Assembly (NCBI RefSeq): GCF_963921235.1
Contig: NC_086097.1
Span: 173,726,001-173,790,000 of the forward strand
Direction: 5' to 3'
Length of the DNA stretch: 64,000 nt
Source of the DNA: Mobula hypostoma
Taxonomy: Eukaryota
The stretch's first letter is position 1. Every line of letters starts with the position of its first letter. Position numbers and translations under genes: made by a program. Shown one piece after another: positions 63,192 through 64,000 of the stretch. A model generated the notes under the pieces. The model made no database searches, was not told where the DNA came from, and saw nothing but the letters and a program-made list of their open reading frames with translations.

Positions 63192-63287
63192 CTCAACAGT
63201 AGTTCCTTCTTGCTCCCAGCAAAGCACTTCTTTGGATTTAACTTTCTGAGGGCTGTAATAGCTGCTCTCTGTTTGCATTTCCGTCAA
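63192..63287 (-). CDS. VPS13B: VPS13B internal coding exon (probably equivalent to human exon 9)
   Basis: 96 nt, cag|...|gtattc. Translates LTEMQTESSYYSPQKVKSKEVLCWEQEGTTVE, matching the recalled VPS13B segment LTEMQVESSYYSPQKVKSKEVLCWEQEGTTVE. Phase 0 at both ends. Confidence 0.95.
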
Positions 63288-64000
63288 CTGTAATGAAATG
63301 ACAATACTTCATTTCAAGTACATTGTATATTAGCAATAAATAGTCATAACCTGTCATCTCAATACACAAAATTGCCACAGACAAATTAGTCTTTACATTT
63401 CAACTAAATTCTGTTATTACACAGGAAACAGGTGCAGAAAAACAGCTGCAAATTATTATCCACATCAGGATATAAGGTTCACTGTTGACTATGATTTAAT
63501 CACATCTAGATAATGACATGTATTTTGAACATAAGGTTAATGTTAAACTTCTCATGTTAACAATTTCTTTACATCTGCTAGTGAAATATCTTCATCACTG
63601 TCAAGTCTGTATCTTTATTTAACTGAATAATTATCCAACTTGATGTGAAAATAAAAAAATTGCAGATCAGAAATGGAAAATAAAAGATTCTTGGGAGTTA
63701 TTTTTATTATTTCAAAAGTCAAATCTGAACCAATAGCATCAAACTACAAAATACCATAATCAATCAGCAAGAATTATTAGAAATTGTCAAATTGAATTCA
63801 GATTCCGAACAATTACCAATGGTTAACTCACCCTTGACAATTATCTCAATTATACTGACATGATTGGAAGCAATATTCATTCCTACAGTATGGAAATACC
63901 CTCAGCTCTCATTACAAATCCATTTCCACTCCTCATGTTGTGTAACTCATATTACACATGCTGGCTTTACATAGCTATGTTAATATGCCATAAGGTAAAG

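Noticed and set aside
1..64000. CRISPR arrays, operons or prokaryotic defence systems
   Set aside because: No regularly spaced repeat-spacer arrays or intact gene clusters. The sequence is vertebrate intron, and most short ORFs in the track are transposon debris or their antisense frames.

Overview
Eukaryotic, repeat-dense vertebrate genomic DNA. The repeat set (CR1 with SGNH-esterase ORF1, Rex1/Babar, Penelope, tRNA SINEs) suggests a cartilaginous fish, probably a ray; this is inference. The whole window lies inside VPS13B on the minus strand. Four consecutive in-frame coding exons with GT-AG boundaries are visible: 63192-63287, 60474-60596, 48894-49031 and 17170-17257 (96, 123, 138 and 88 nt), probably equivalent to human exons 9-12. 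Everything else is intron filled with nested mobile elements. Highlights: (1) Penelope-like insertions built as head-to-head inverted repeats, with 13-16 bp target-site duplications, a one-sided ~35-nt tail and minimal hammerhead ribozymes, several in sense orientation in the VPS13B pre-mRNA. (2) A degraded, multiply deleted endogenous retrovirus with two LTRs, a tRNA-Ser PBS, RNase H, integrase and a CX6CC env TM. (3) An uninterrupted Hero/R2-type restriction-like-endonuclease fragment with a structured 3' UTR, inserted in the ERV 5' LTR. (4) A Tigger element whose ends resemble the mammalian MER2 repeat and which still carries transposase fragments. (5) Three related solo LTRs and repeated non-autonomous LINE-type elements. 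No prokaryotic features, CRISPR arrays or genuine tRNA/rRNA genes were seen. Family assignments rest on motif recognition, not database searches.
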